From contig CAOOJO010000001.1 of assembly GCA_948496895.1 (NCBI GenBank), positions 1-41,263 on the forward strand: DNA of 41,263 nucleotides, in the 5' to 3' direction. Of this stretch, positions 26,872 to 38,042 are shown piece by piece. This DNA comes from an uncultured Acetatifactor sp. GTDB taxonomy: Bacteria > Bacillota > Clostridia > Lachnospirales > Lachnospiraceae. Under the pieces are notes generated by a model. It saw only the letters and a program-made list of their open reading frames with translations, was not told the origin of the DNA and made no database searches. A program made the translations under genes and the position numbers. Position 1 is the first letter of the stretch; the number at the start of each line of letters is the position of its first letter.

Positions 26872-27603
26872 TTAGATACCCGCGCCGCAGGCCAGGGCGA
26901 TGAAATAGATTTCCTCTGTCCCTGCCCCTCTTAGGGTTTCCGCCGCCTCGTCCATGGTGCTGCCGGTGGTATAGATGTCATCGATAAGTATCACTCTCTT
27001 TAATTTTACATCATTTCTCGCTATATTAAAAGCCTTTTTCAAATTATTTTGCCGTTCTTTGGGATTTTCATATTTCAGGGGCACCGTATTCTTCACCCTG
27101 ACCAGGTAATCCGCCCATACGGGCACCCCCGCGCGCCGCCCTACCGCCCGGGCCAGCAGCTCGGCCTGGTTGTACCCTCTGGCCGCAAGACGCCTGCGGT
27201 GCAGTGGGATGGGGATGAGCGCCTCCGGACGGACGCCGCGGATGAACTCCCCCAGGTATTCCGCCATCTGTTCCCCGAAGAATTCCGCGTACTCCCGCCT
27301 GCCGCCGTATTTGAAGCGGTAGATGGAGGCTGCCGCGCTCTCATAGGAGTAAAGAGCCCGACCTCTCGTGAACAGATGCTCCCTTCGCCGGCAGTCCGCG
27401 CAGAACTCCCCCTCCTGGGCCAGCTTCTTTCCGCATTTCATGCACCAGGGCGGTGTCAGGAGCCGCAGCCTCTTTAAGCATTCCAGGCAGATTCGCTCCC
27501 CCGCCGGCGTCACGATGTCATCGCACACCGGACACCGGAGAGGGAAGAGGAGCTGCAGGACGCCCTCATATGCCTTAGCAGCCGCCCTTGGCCTTATCTT
27601 TAT
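26872..27603 (-). CDS. comF: ComF/ComFC family protein (double Zn ribbon plus PRTase); start codon anomalous
   Basis: LLFPLRCPVC, CMKCG, FKYGG, PIPLH, RGYNQA, LIDDIYTTGST. No in-frame ATG/GTG/TTG upstream of the conserved N-terminal motif; an ATA at 27603 is shown as the start. Confidence 0.85.
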   Translation of the reverse strand: MKIRPRAAAKAYEGVLQLLFPLRCPVCDDIVTPAGERICLECLKRLRLLTPPWCMKCGKKLAQEGEFCADCRRREHLFTRGRALYSYESAAASIYRFKYGGRREYAEFFGEQMAEYLGEFIRGVRPEALIPIPLHRRRLAARGYNQAELLARAVGRRAGVPVWADYLVRVKNTVPLKYENPKERQNNLKKAFNIARNDVKLKRVILIDDIYTTGSTMDEAAETLRGAGTEEIYFIALACGAGI

Positions 27604-27650
27604 GCTTTTTTCCTTTGTACGCCAGTGCCGTCTTCTTGGTTCCTTCTCAT
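27600..27650 (-). other. 16-codon upstream ORF MRRNQEDGTGVQRKKA*, possibly the frameshifted 5' end of comF
   Basis: AAGGAGG...GGGG RBS, ATG at 27650, TAA at 27602-27600; one base out of frame with comF across an A6 run. Confidence 0.45.
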
Positions 27651-27738
27651 GGTTCCCCTAATCCTCCTTTTTCCGGGAACCTTCTCCGACCATATCTACA
27701 GGAAGACACTGCCCTTTTGTGCCTTCCACTTCCCTTTT

Positions 27739-30045
27739 TTATCCGTGGTCCCTTCCGTACTGTTCCCGTATCCTGGCCGCCAGAGCCGTATACCTGCGGT
27801 TCTCGCTGACATTGTCTATCATGCTCCGGACAGTGGCGCTGCTACCCAGGATGGTGACGCAGCTTTTGGCCCTTGTAATCGCCGTGTACAGGAGGTTGCG
27901 GTTGAAGAGCATCCGGGGGCCGGTAAGCAGCGGCATGATCACCGCCGGATACTCGCTTCCCTGGGACTTGTGTATGGTGACGGCATAGGACAGCTCCAGC
28001 TCCTCCAGCAGGGAGAAGGGATAGGTGACCCGCTTTTGCTCGTCATACTCCACCACCAGGCAGGAGGCCGCCTCCTGTATCTCCAGAATCTGGCCCATGT
28101 CGCCGTTGAAGACGCCTGCCCCCCGCTCCACCGGGATGCCGTATTTGCTGACAATCTCCCACTCCAGCTGATAGTTGTTCTTGATCTGCATCACCTTGTC
28201 GCCCTCCCGGTAGACCCGGTCGCCGCTTATGTGCTCCCGCTTGCGCCCGTCGGCGGGATTCAGGTATCTCTGCAGGATGCCGTTGAGGGTCTCGCAGCCC
28301 AGCGGCCCTTTGCGCATGGGGGTCAGCACCTGGATGTCAAAAGCCGTGGCCTTCACGTACCGGGGCAGCTTCTCCCGTATCAATTGTATCATATGCTTAT
28401 ATATGACATTTATGTCATTTCTTTCCAGAAGGAAGAAGTCCCGGGACTTGTTGTCCAGGGCGATCTGCTCCCCATTGTTGATCCGGTGGGCGTTGACGAT
28501 AATGTCGCTCTCCTCCGCCTGCCGGAAAATCTTCTTCAGCTCCACCATGGGAAAGCATCCGCTGCGGAGGAGATCGCGCAGCACCTGCCCCGGCCCCACG
28601 CTGGGCAGCTGATCCACATCCCCCACCAGCACCAGCCTGGTCCCCGGGGCCACGGCCTTCAGCAGCGCCTGGAACAGCTGGATGTCCACCATGGACATTT
28701 CGTCTATGATGATGAGGTCCGCCTCCAGGGGGTTCTCCTCGCCTCGCTCGAACCTTACCTTCTTCGTGTCCTCGTCCGACAGCGCGCTGTTGAGCTCCAA
28801 CATGCGATGGATGGTCCTGGCCTCGAAGCCCGTGGCCTCGGTCATGCGCTTGGCCGCCCGGCCTGTGGGTGCCGCCAGGAGGATGTCCAGCCCCTCCGCC
28901 TCGAAGTAGCGTATCATCATGTTGATCGTGGTGGTCTTGCCCGTTCCGGGGCCGCCGGACAGGAGGAACAGGCCGTTGCGGATGGCTTCGGCCACGGCCT
29001 TGAACTGGAGCCGGTCCAGCTCCATGTGCAGGCTCTTTGCCAGCGCCTCCAGCCTTCCCATGGCCTCCGGAGCCAGGCCGAAGCTTCCGCCGTTGTCAAG
29101 AGCTCCATTGCCGTCAGGAACCCCGCCGTCCTCCCGGGTATCCCTGCCCATGTCCGCCTGTCCGGGAAGCATGGAGATATTCAGCTCATACAGCATTCTT
29201 GCACAGTTCAGCTCCGCGTAATAGTAGGAGGTAGGGAAGACCTGGTCGCCCTTTATGACCAGCTTCTTGTCCATCATCAGATTGTCCATCTGGGGACGGA
29301 TATATTCCTTCTCCACGCCCAGAAGCTTCTCCGCCCGCTCCAGCAGCGGCTCCATGGGAAAATAGCAATGCCCCTCCCCCACAGTCTGCATCAGGGTATA
29401 GAAGATGCCGCTCCGGATGCGGTAGTCGGAATCGGTGTGGATGCCGATCTTCGCCGCCAACTCGTCCGCCAGCCTGAAGCCGATTCCATGGATGTCCTCC
29501 GCCAGGCGGTAGGGATTCTCCTTCATGACCCCGTAGAGGTCACAGCCATAGGTCTCGTATATCTTCACCGCCAGCGCATTGGAGATGCCGTACTGCTGGA
29601 GGAACACCATCGCGTCGCGCAGATCCTTCTTCTCCTCCATCTGCACGGCGATGTCCCTGGCCTTGCGCTGGCTCACGCCCCTCACCTCGGCCAGCCGCTC
29701 CGGCTCCTCCTCGATGATCCGGAAGGTGTCGTCCCCGAACTGGCTGACGATTCTGGCGGCCAGGGCGGGGCCAACGCCCTTGACGGCCCCGGAGCCCAGA
29801 TACCGCTCCATGCCCAGGCTGTCCTTTGGCACCACCACCTGGAAGCTGGCCATCTTCAGTTGGGTGCCGTAGACCGGGTGATCCACGTACTCTCCCTGCA
29901 CCTGGATATTCTCCCCCTGGGTCAGGCCCTTGCCCATCCCCACGCAGACGACCTCGCTGCCCTCGGTCATCAGGTTCATGACCGTATAGCCGTTCTCGTT
30001 ATTCTGAAAGATGATATGCTCCACATATCCGCTGACCGTCTCCAT
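27739..30045 (-). CDS. recD2: ATP-dependent RecD-like helicase RecD2
   Basis: METVSGYVEHIIF, KGVGP, ENPYRLA, GGPGTGKTT, APTGRAAKR, DEMSM, GDVDQLPSVG, TIHKSQGSE, YTAITRA. Start at ATG 30045. Confidence 0.96.
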   Translation of the reverse strand: METVSGYVEHIIFQNNENGYTVMNLMTEGSEVVCVGMGKGLTQGENIQVQGEYVDHPVYGTQLKMASFQVVVPKDSLGMERYLGSGAVKGVGPALAARIVSQFGDDTFRIIEEEPERLAEVRGVSQRKARDIAVQMEEKKDLRDAMVFLQQYGISNALAVKIYETYGCDLYGVMKENPYRLAEDIHGIGFRLADELAAKIGIHTDSDYRIRSGIFYTLMQTVGEGHCYFPMEPLLERAEKLLGVEKEYIRPQMDNLMMDKKLVIKGDQVFPTSYYYAELNCARMLYELNISMLPGQADMGRDTREDGGVPDGNGALDNGGSFGLAPEAMGRLEALAKSLHMELDRLQFKAVAEAIRNGLFLLSGGPGTGKTTTINMMIRYFEAEGLDILLAAPTGRAAKRMTEATGFEARTIHRMLELNSALSDEDTKKVRFERGEENPLEADLIIIDEMSMVDIQLFQALLKAVAPGTRLVLVGDVDQLPSVGPGQVLRDLLRSGCFPMVELKKIFRQAEESDIIVNAHRINNGEQIALDNKSRDFFLLERNDINVIYKHMIQLIREKLPRYVKATAFDIQVLTPMRKGPLGCETLNGILQRYLNPADGRKREHISGDRVYREGDKVMQIKNNYQLEWEIVSKYGIPVERGAGVFNGDMGQILEIQEAASCLVVEYDEQKRVTYPFSLLEELELSYAVTIHKSQGSEYPAVIMPLLTGPRMLFNRNLLYTAITRAKSCVTILGSSATVRSMIDNVSENRRYTALAARIREQYGRDHG

Positions 30046-30110
30046 CCGGCTTCCCCGCAATCTAAAGTCATGATGTCCGCGAATCCATAATGCCCGCGGG
30101 CACCGCATAT

Positions 30111-30150
30111 CAGAACAAGGCTGCCTCTTCACGCAAGCAGCCTTGTCCTG
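30111..30150 (-). terminator. Stem-loop after the flagellar rod genes, probable terminator
   Basis: Minus strand CAGGACAAGGCTGC-N12-GCAGCCTTGTTCTG; U-tract is weak. Confidence 0.55.
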
Positions 30151-30178
30151 AATGTATATTCTGTCTCATTTATCCTGA

Positions 30179-30604
30179 TCAGTGATTCTCTCCCACAGCA
30201 GCCACGCCTTCTGTGGTCCCGGCCTTCTCCCCGGCTGAAGGAATCTCCGTGGTGCCGAAGTTGCGCTTCATCTGCTCATAGAGCATCTGGGCCAGGCCCA
30301 AACCGCCGTTCTGGTTCGTGGTCTCCTCCGCCACTGCCTGAACCATCTGATCCTTGTAGTAGTCCATCATAGTGGCCGTGTAGTTGGAGGTATTTTCATT
30401 GGTGGGAATGGTCTTCATCATGCCCTTGTACATCTGCTCGATGAAATAGGCCTCGAACTGCTTGCAGGCGTCCATCAGCTCCGCGTCCGTCGCCTTTGTG
30501 TAGTCGGCTGCCTTCAGCTTATCCTGCAGCCCGGCTGCCCGCTGGGTGGCGGCGTTGGCATAGGTGTCGGCGTACATGCCTGTTATATTGCTAAAATCCA
30601 TCAT
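30179..30604 (-). CDS. flgJ: Rod-binding protein (FlgJ N-terminal domain only)
   Basis: LMDACKQFEAYFIEQMYKGM and GLGLAQMLYEQM motifs; no muramidase domain. Confidence 0.85.
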   Translation of the reverse strand: MMDFSNITGMYADTYANAATQRAAGLQDKLKAADYTKATDAELMDACKQFEAYFIEQMYKGMMKTIPTNENTSNYTATMMDYYKDQMVQAVAEETTNQNGGLGLAQMLYEQMKRNFGTTEIPSAGEKAGTTEGVAAVGENH

Positions 30605-30617
30605 TTAAGGTTCCCCC

Positions 30618-31433
30618 TTATCTACGCAGATTGTTGGCCTGCTGCAGCATCTCATCGGAAGCGGTGATGGCCTTGGAATTCAGCTCGTAGGCCCGCTGCG
30701 CCACAATCATGTTCACCATCTCGTCCACTACCTGCACATTGGAGCCCTCCAGGTAATTCTGGATTACCTTGCTCTTCTCCACCGCGGTGTTGGTGGCTTC
30801 ATTAATGGGCTGGCCGCTGGCCGCGGACTGCTCATACAGGCTCTCCGCCAGCTTGTTCAGGCCATTTGGATTGTTGAACTGGTACAGGCCGATGCGAATC
30901 CCCATAGGCTGGGGATTGTTCTTCGCGTCCGGATAGCAAAGCTCTCCGTCGGCGCTCACGGTAATGTTGCTGACTATGTAGTTCTGGTTCAGGATGATGG
31001 GCCGCCCATTGGTGTCCAGCACCGGAAGCCCGTCCTCGTTGGCCAGCATGTTGCCGTTGGTGGCCAGGGTGAACTGGAAGTTGCCGTTGCGGGTGTAATA
31101 GGTGTTGCCGTCCGCCCCTCTCACCGCGAAGAAGCCCTTGCCGTCTATCATGAATGCGGTGTCGCTGTCGGAGGCCAGCGCGTTGCCCTGCCGGAATATG
31201 GATGAGATGGCGGAGTTGCGCACGCCCAGTCCCACCTGTGCGCTGGTGGGCTTCTGCTCTCCGTTGGCCGTGGTGGTCTTGGTCTGCAGGGTCTGATACA
31301 GCAATGTCTTGAACTCGTTCACCTGAGTCTTATAGCCCTGGGTATTCACGTTCGCCAGGTTGTGCGCAATGGTGTCGAGATTCGTCTGCTGGGCAATCAT
31401 ACCGGTTGCCGCTGTCCATAAGCTACGTACCAT
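30618..31433 (-). CDS. flgG: Flagellar basal-body rod protein FlgG family
   Basis: MVRSLWTAATGM, HNLANVNT-GYK, YTRNG, LEGSNV, AQRAYELNSK. Confidence 0.92.
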   Translation of the reverse strand: MVRSLWTAATGMIAQQTNLDTIAHNLANVNTQGYKTQVNEFKTLLYQTLQTKTTTANGEQKPTSAQVGLGVRNSAISSIFRQGNALASDSDTAFMIDGKGFFAVRGADGNTYYTRNGNFQFTLATNGNMLANEDGLPVLDTNGRPIILNQNYIVSNITVSADGELCYPDAKNNPQPMGIRIGLYQFNNPNGLNKLAESLYEQSAASGQPINEATNTAVEKSKVIQNYLEGSNVQVVDEMVNMIVAQRAYELNSKAITASDEMLQQANNLRR

Positions 31434-31466
31434 AGTACTATTCCTTCCTTTCAAATGCTTCCTATA

Positions 31467-32246
31467 TTAGACCCTGCCCAACTGGGTGGCCGCGATTTCC
31501 AGGGAACCGTCATAGGTCTGGATGATTTTCTGGCTGCTCTCATAGTTGCGGGTGATGGCGATGAGGTTCACCATCTCGTTCACCACCTGGACATTGGACA
31601 TCTCCAGATAACCGGAGTTTATCACCGCGTTGGCCTGGGTGGTCCTGGCCCCCTCTATGGGCCTGTAATAGGTCTCGCCGTATTTCGTCAGATAATTATA
31701 ATCCTCGAAATCGGTAAGGCCGATTCTGGCCACCGCCCTGTCGTTCTGGTATATGGTTCCATTCTCGTCGATTTTGGAGTCCAGCAGCGTGTTCAGCCGT
31801 ATCCTGCGGCTCTGGGTGTCCAGCACATAATCGCCGTCCTCCGTCACCAGGTATCCCTCCCTGTTCAGGGTGAACTGACCGGCCCGGGTATACATGGTGG
31901 AAGTCTCTCCCGCCTTGTTGGTGAACTCGATGGCGAAGAAGCCGTCCCCGGATATAGCCAGGTCATAGGTATTGTCCGTGATGCGGTAGGAGCCCTGGGT
32001 GTAATCGGTATAGTTCTCGCCGATCTTCACACCGGGGTTGTTCCTGCCGATGTGCTCCGCGTACGCGTAATGACCCACCGAATGGTCTTTGATCTTCATG
32101 GTCAGCACGTCGCTGAAGCACTGGCTGGTGGCGCCCTCCTTCTTAAAGCCCACCGTGGACGCGTTGGCCAGATTGTTGGTCATGGTGTCCATGCGGTGCT
32201 GCTCATTGACCATGGCTGTATAAGCAGTGTATAACCCTTTTAGCAT
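31467..32246 (-). CDS. Flagellar hook-basal body rod protein (FlgF/FlhO-like)
   Basis: MLKGLYTA, NNLANAST-GFK, DLAISGDGFF, YTRAG, GYLEMSNV. Confidence 0.92.
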   Translation of the reverse strand: MLKGLYTAYTAMVNEQHRMDTMTNNLANASTVGFKKEGATSQCFSDVLTMKIKDHSVGHYAYAEHIGRNNPGVKIGENYTDYTQGSYRITDNTYDLAISGDGFFAIEFTNKAGETSTMYTRAGQFTLNREGYLVTEDGDYVLDTQSRRIRLNTLLDSKIDENGTIYQNDRAVARIGLTDFEDYNYLTKYGETYYRPIEGARTTQANAVINSGYLEMSNVQVVNEMVNLIAITRNYESSQKIIQTYDGSLEIAATQLGRV

Positions 32247-32305
32247 AAGCCTGTCTGCCTCCTGATGCCTTTCTCTTACTCTTTTATCCTGATTCCCGTA
32301 GCTTC

Positions 32306-33298
32306 CTATCTCTCGTTATAGCCCGAGAGGAACTCTACGTACTTCCCGGTTCCAATGGCCACCGCCGTCATGGGATCCTCAGCGGTGATGGTGTTGATGC
32401 CCGTCCTGGAGGAAATCAGCTCCTCCAGCCCCCGCAGGAGGCTGCCGCCGCCCGTGAGCACGATGCCCCTGTCCGCGATGTCCGCCGCCAGCTCGGGCGG
32501 AGTCTTCTCCAGCACGCTGTGGATGGTCTCCACCACCTGAGAGGTGGTCTCCCGCAGGGCCTCCTCGGTCTCCTCGGAGGATACCTTCACAGTCTTAGGC
32601 AGGCCTGTGACCAGGTTACGGCCCCTGACGTCCATATAGTCCACCTCGGGCCGCTTGTAGGCGGATCCTATTTTAATCTTCAGATCCTCCGCTGTCCTCT
32701 CGCCGATCAGCAGATTATGCTTCTTGCGCATATAGCGCACGATTGCCTCATCGAAATCATCCCCGGCCACCTTGATGGAAGCGCTGACCACTGTGCCGCC
32801 CAGGGAAATGACAGCGATGTCGGAAGTGCCGCCGCCGATGTCCACGATCATATTGCCGCAGGGCTTCGCGATGTCTATCCCCGCGCCGATGGCAGCCGCG
32901 ATAGGCTCCTCGATAATGTCCACGTCCCTGGCGCCAGCCTGGTAGGTGGCGTCCTCAACCGCCTTCTTCTCCACCTCCGTGACGCCGCTGGGGACGCACA
33001 CGGCGATACGGGGCTTTCGGAAGGACCTTCTGCCCAGGGCCTTCTGGATGAAATACTTCATCATCTTCTCGGTCACCGTATAGTCCGAGATGACCCCCTG
33101 GCGCAGGGGCCTGACGGCCACGATGTTCCCGGGCGTCCTGCCCAGCATCAGCCTGGCGTCCTCCCCGATGGCCTTGATTTTCTGGGTGTCCCTGTCAAAG
33201 GCCACCACGGAGGGCTCCTTCAATACGACACCCTTTCCTCTGATGTATACTAAAATGCTGGCTGTACCCAAATCGATTCCAATGTCTGTACACTGCAT
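32306..33298 (-). CDS. mbl: MreB-like actin homologue Mbl
   Basis: IGIDLGT, EPSVVA, DIGGGT, GERTAE, LTGGG; mbl-flhO-flhP-type synteny. Start at ATG 33298. Confidence 0.9.
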   Translation of the reverse strand: MQCTDIGIDLGTASILVYIRGKGVVLKEPSVVAFDRDTQKIKAIGEDARLMLGRTPGNIVAVRPLRQGVISDYTVTEKMMKYFIQKALGRRSFRKPRIAVCVPSGVTEVEKKAVEDATYQAGARDVDIIEEPIAAAIGAGIDIAKPCGNMIVDIGGGTSDIAVISLGGTVVSASIKVAGDDFDEAIVRYMRKKHNLLIGERTAEDLKIKIGSAYKRPEVDYMDVRGRNLVTGLPKTVKVSSEETEEALRETTSQVVETIHSVLEKTPPELAADIADRGIVLTGGGSLLRGLEELISSRTGINTITAEDPMTAVAIGTGKYVEFLSGYNER

Positions 33299-33368
33299 GC
33301 TGCTGCCCCTTTCTATCTTCCAACGGATTCCCGGCTCCAAACAAATAGCTTATTTCCAATCAGCTATT

Positions 33369-33412
33369 ATTATAACCGAAAAATTTCCATTTTCATAGGG
33401 GTTTATGAAAAT
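33369..33412 (-). promoter_or_regulatory. Putative mbl promoter overlapped by a 9-bp inverted repeat
   Basis: TATAAT at 33374-33369; ATGAAA 16 nt upstream; ATTTTCATA-N6-TATGAAAAT at 33389-33412. Confidence 0.55.
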
Positions 33413-33509
33413 TTTAAAAAATGTGTACAGGCCATTAGCGGCTGCCTCCCAGCGCAGTCAGAGAAACTGTCAAATCATATAACAATTTCGGCAGAATCCT
33501 TTCGCTTCT

Positions 33510-36404
<2,895 letters not shown>

Positions 36405-36422
36405 TTTCCTTCCTCTCCACGG

Positions 36423-38042
36423 TCAGGCACATTCCTTCATGTCTTGCCGCTCATCCTCAATTCTTTTTTCATTCTTCCATTTATCTATCCAGCCATGAAT
36501 CCGGCATACCCACTGCCACATCCCGCATATGGAAGTGGCAATCAGCACAGGCAGGAACACGAACAGATATCTTGCCCTGGCCTCAAACAGAAGCTGGTAG
36601 CAGAAAATCCCCAGAAAAACCACCGCAAGGATTGCGTGCTTTTCCCTTTGCCCCCCCGGACAGAAGCAGCTGCCGGCAATCCCCAGAAGGCAGAATATCC
36701 AGGCAAGCTGGCAAAATGCATTGAACCTGCCTGAGTAAAGGCTGTCAGGCCAGAATATGCTTCGGAGCAGATCCATGCGCCCGGTATTGCTGGCCAGATT
36801 TGGCGGATAATGCTCATGAATCCAGACCTCCGACTGCCACCCGAAGGTTCCGTCGTTGAAGACCATGACCATTTTCTTCAAACAGAAATAAACGCTTCCC
36901 CAGAACCCTCGTTCTTCTATCCTTCCAAGAGCCCTCTCCAATGCCGCATTAGTCCTTTCCTCCCTGCTGTATTGAAATTCTCCAAACATGGCCACGTCAT
37001 CCGCGCAATAACTCCCTGTATATTCTTCGTTCAGCCCCATATAAAAATAGTTCTGCCAGCCTGCCTCCAGCTCCGGGTTGAACTCCAGCCCCATTTCTTC
37101 CATCATATGCTCCATGCAGGCTCCCTTTGCCAGAAACAGAACCGCCACGAGTCCCACCTCTGCCAGGATATAGCGCCATCTCTTCCAGTCTCCCGCCAGC
37201 CAGCCCACCAGCTCCACCACCAGGATGGCAATCACCACAATATATTCGCTGGGCTTGACCAACCCTCCCAGCATTCCAACTATCAACGCGGCCGCCACTG
37301 ACAGATACTTCAAAATCGGCCTTTGGGCTTCCCTGTAGCACAGATAAAAATAGAGGCACATGACAGGAAAGACGATTCCATAAGTATCTGTATAGGGCGC
37401 TATCTTCCACGGGGTGATTCCCGGCAACGCCAGATATAGGAAAAAGGCAATAAATGTGGGAACAAGCTGTCTGGTCAGCCTTTTTACCGTAAGGCAGCTG
37501 AAGAATCCACCTATGGATATCAATGCGCAGCTAATCTGTATCCATACAAACTCGTTTATATAAGAAGGGTTGCCGCTTTCCGCGGCCTTGCTGTAAATTC
37601 CTTTTAAGATATGCAGGATAGGGATATTGTTCGTATACATGGAAAAGTAAACTGAATATCCCAGCGTATTTCCTCCCGCCAGATCTTTCGCGCCGGCGGT
37701 TACCACCATGATATCCCACGGGAATCTGAACGCGATTTCCCGGGCGATGTACACATTCACAAAAAACAGCAGGAGGAAGAGAACCGCAAGAACCCCATTT
37801 ACCGCCCAGTTTACCCTCCGGGTCAGGCATGTCCTCCTGAAAATCCATGCCAGAAGGCAGATGAACGCGAATCCCACCAGTGCCACTCCCAGGAACACAT
37901 AATTGGGCAGCAGCGCATTTATCTTGTTATATTTATTATATTGCATATGGTTGCCCACAAAAAACACGCTTGCGATAACCGGGAGAAACAAGACTCCCAT
38001 CAACACATAGAAAAAACGAACCAAGAGCTTTCCTGCTCTCAT
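36423..38042 (-). CDS. Polytopic membrane protein, putative GT-C fold glycosyltransferase (paralogue B)
   Basis: More than 10 TMs; WD in the first loop, [29 protein letters not shown] at 38042 in ATGA overlap. Confidence 0.75.
   Translation of the reverse strand: MRAGKLLVRFFYVLMGVLFLPVIASVFFVGNHMQYNKYNKINALLPNYVFLGVALVGFAFICLLAWIFRRTCLTRRVNWAVNGVLAVLFLLLFFVNVYIAREIAFRFPWDIMVVTAGAKDLAGGNTLGYSVYFSMYTNNIPILHILKGIYSKAAESGNPSYINEFVWIQISCALISIGGFFSCLTVKRLTRQLVPTFIAFFLYLALPGITPWKIAPYTDTYGIVFPVMCLYFYLCYREAQRPILKYLSVAAALIVGMLGGLVKPSEYIVVIAILVVELVGWLAGDWKRWRYILAEVGLVAVLFLAKGACMEHMMEEMGLEFNPELEAGWQNYFYMGLNEEYTGSYCADDVAMFGEFQYSREERTNAALERALGRIEERGFWGSVYFCLKKMVMVFNDGTFGWQSEVWIHEHYPPNLASNTGRMDLLRSIFWPDSLYSGRFNAFCQLAWIFCLLGIAGSCFCPGGQREKHAILAVVFLGIFCYQLLFEARARYLFVFLPVLIATSICGMWQWVCRIHGWIDKWKNEKRIEDERQDMKECA

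Noticed and set aside
27605..27611. AAAAAAG as a classical -1 ribosomal frameshift heptamer
   Set aside because: Not in the A-AAA-AAG register for the upstream ORF (it reads G-AAA-AAA-G), so classical tandem slippage is unsupported. The indel hypothesis is kept as a finding.
27625..30090. 821-aa plus-strand ORF (likewise 5168-6790, 21354-22946, 34122-35540)
   Set aside because: Antisense shadows of well-supported minus-strand genes.
30179..30604. FlgJ lacking a muramidase domain as a pseudogene
   Set aside because: Single-domain rod-binding FlgJ is normal in Firmicutes.
32247..32360. Sigma-28 (SigD) promoter for the rod genes or yvyF
   Set aside because: No TAAA-N15/16-GCCGATA match found by eye.
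36405..36480. LexA box upstream of uvrA
   Set aside because: No GAAC-N4-GTTC site seen; the uvrB promoter lies outside the window.
36651..36657. 7-nt homopolymers (also 7320-7326, 11405-11411, 11772-11778, 12431-12437) as phase-variation tracts
   Set aside because: Too short to stand out from chance, and all affected frames are intact.
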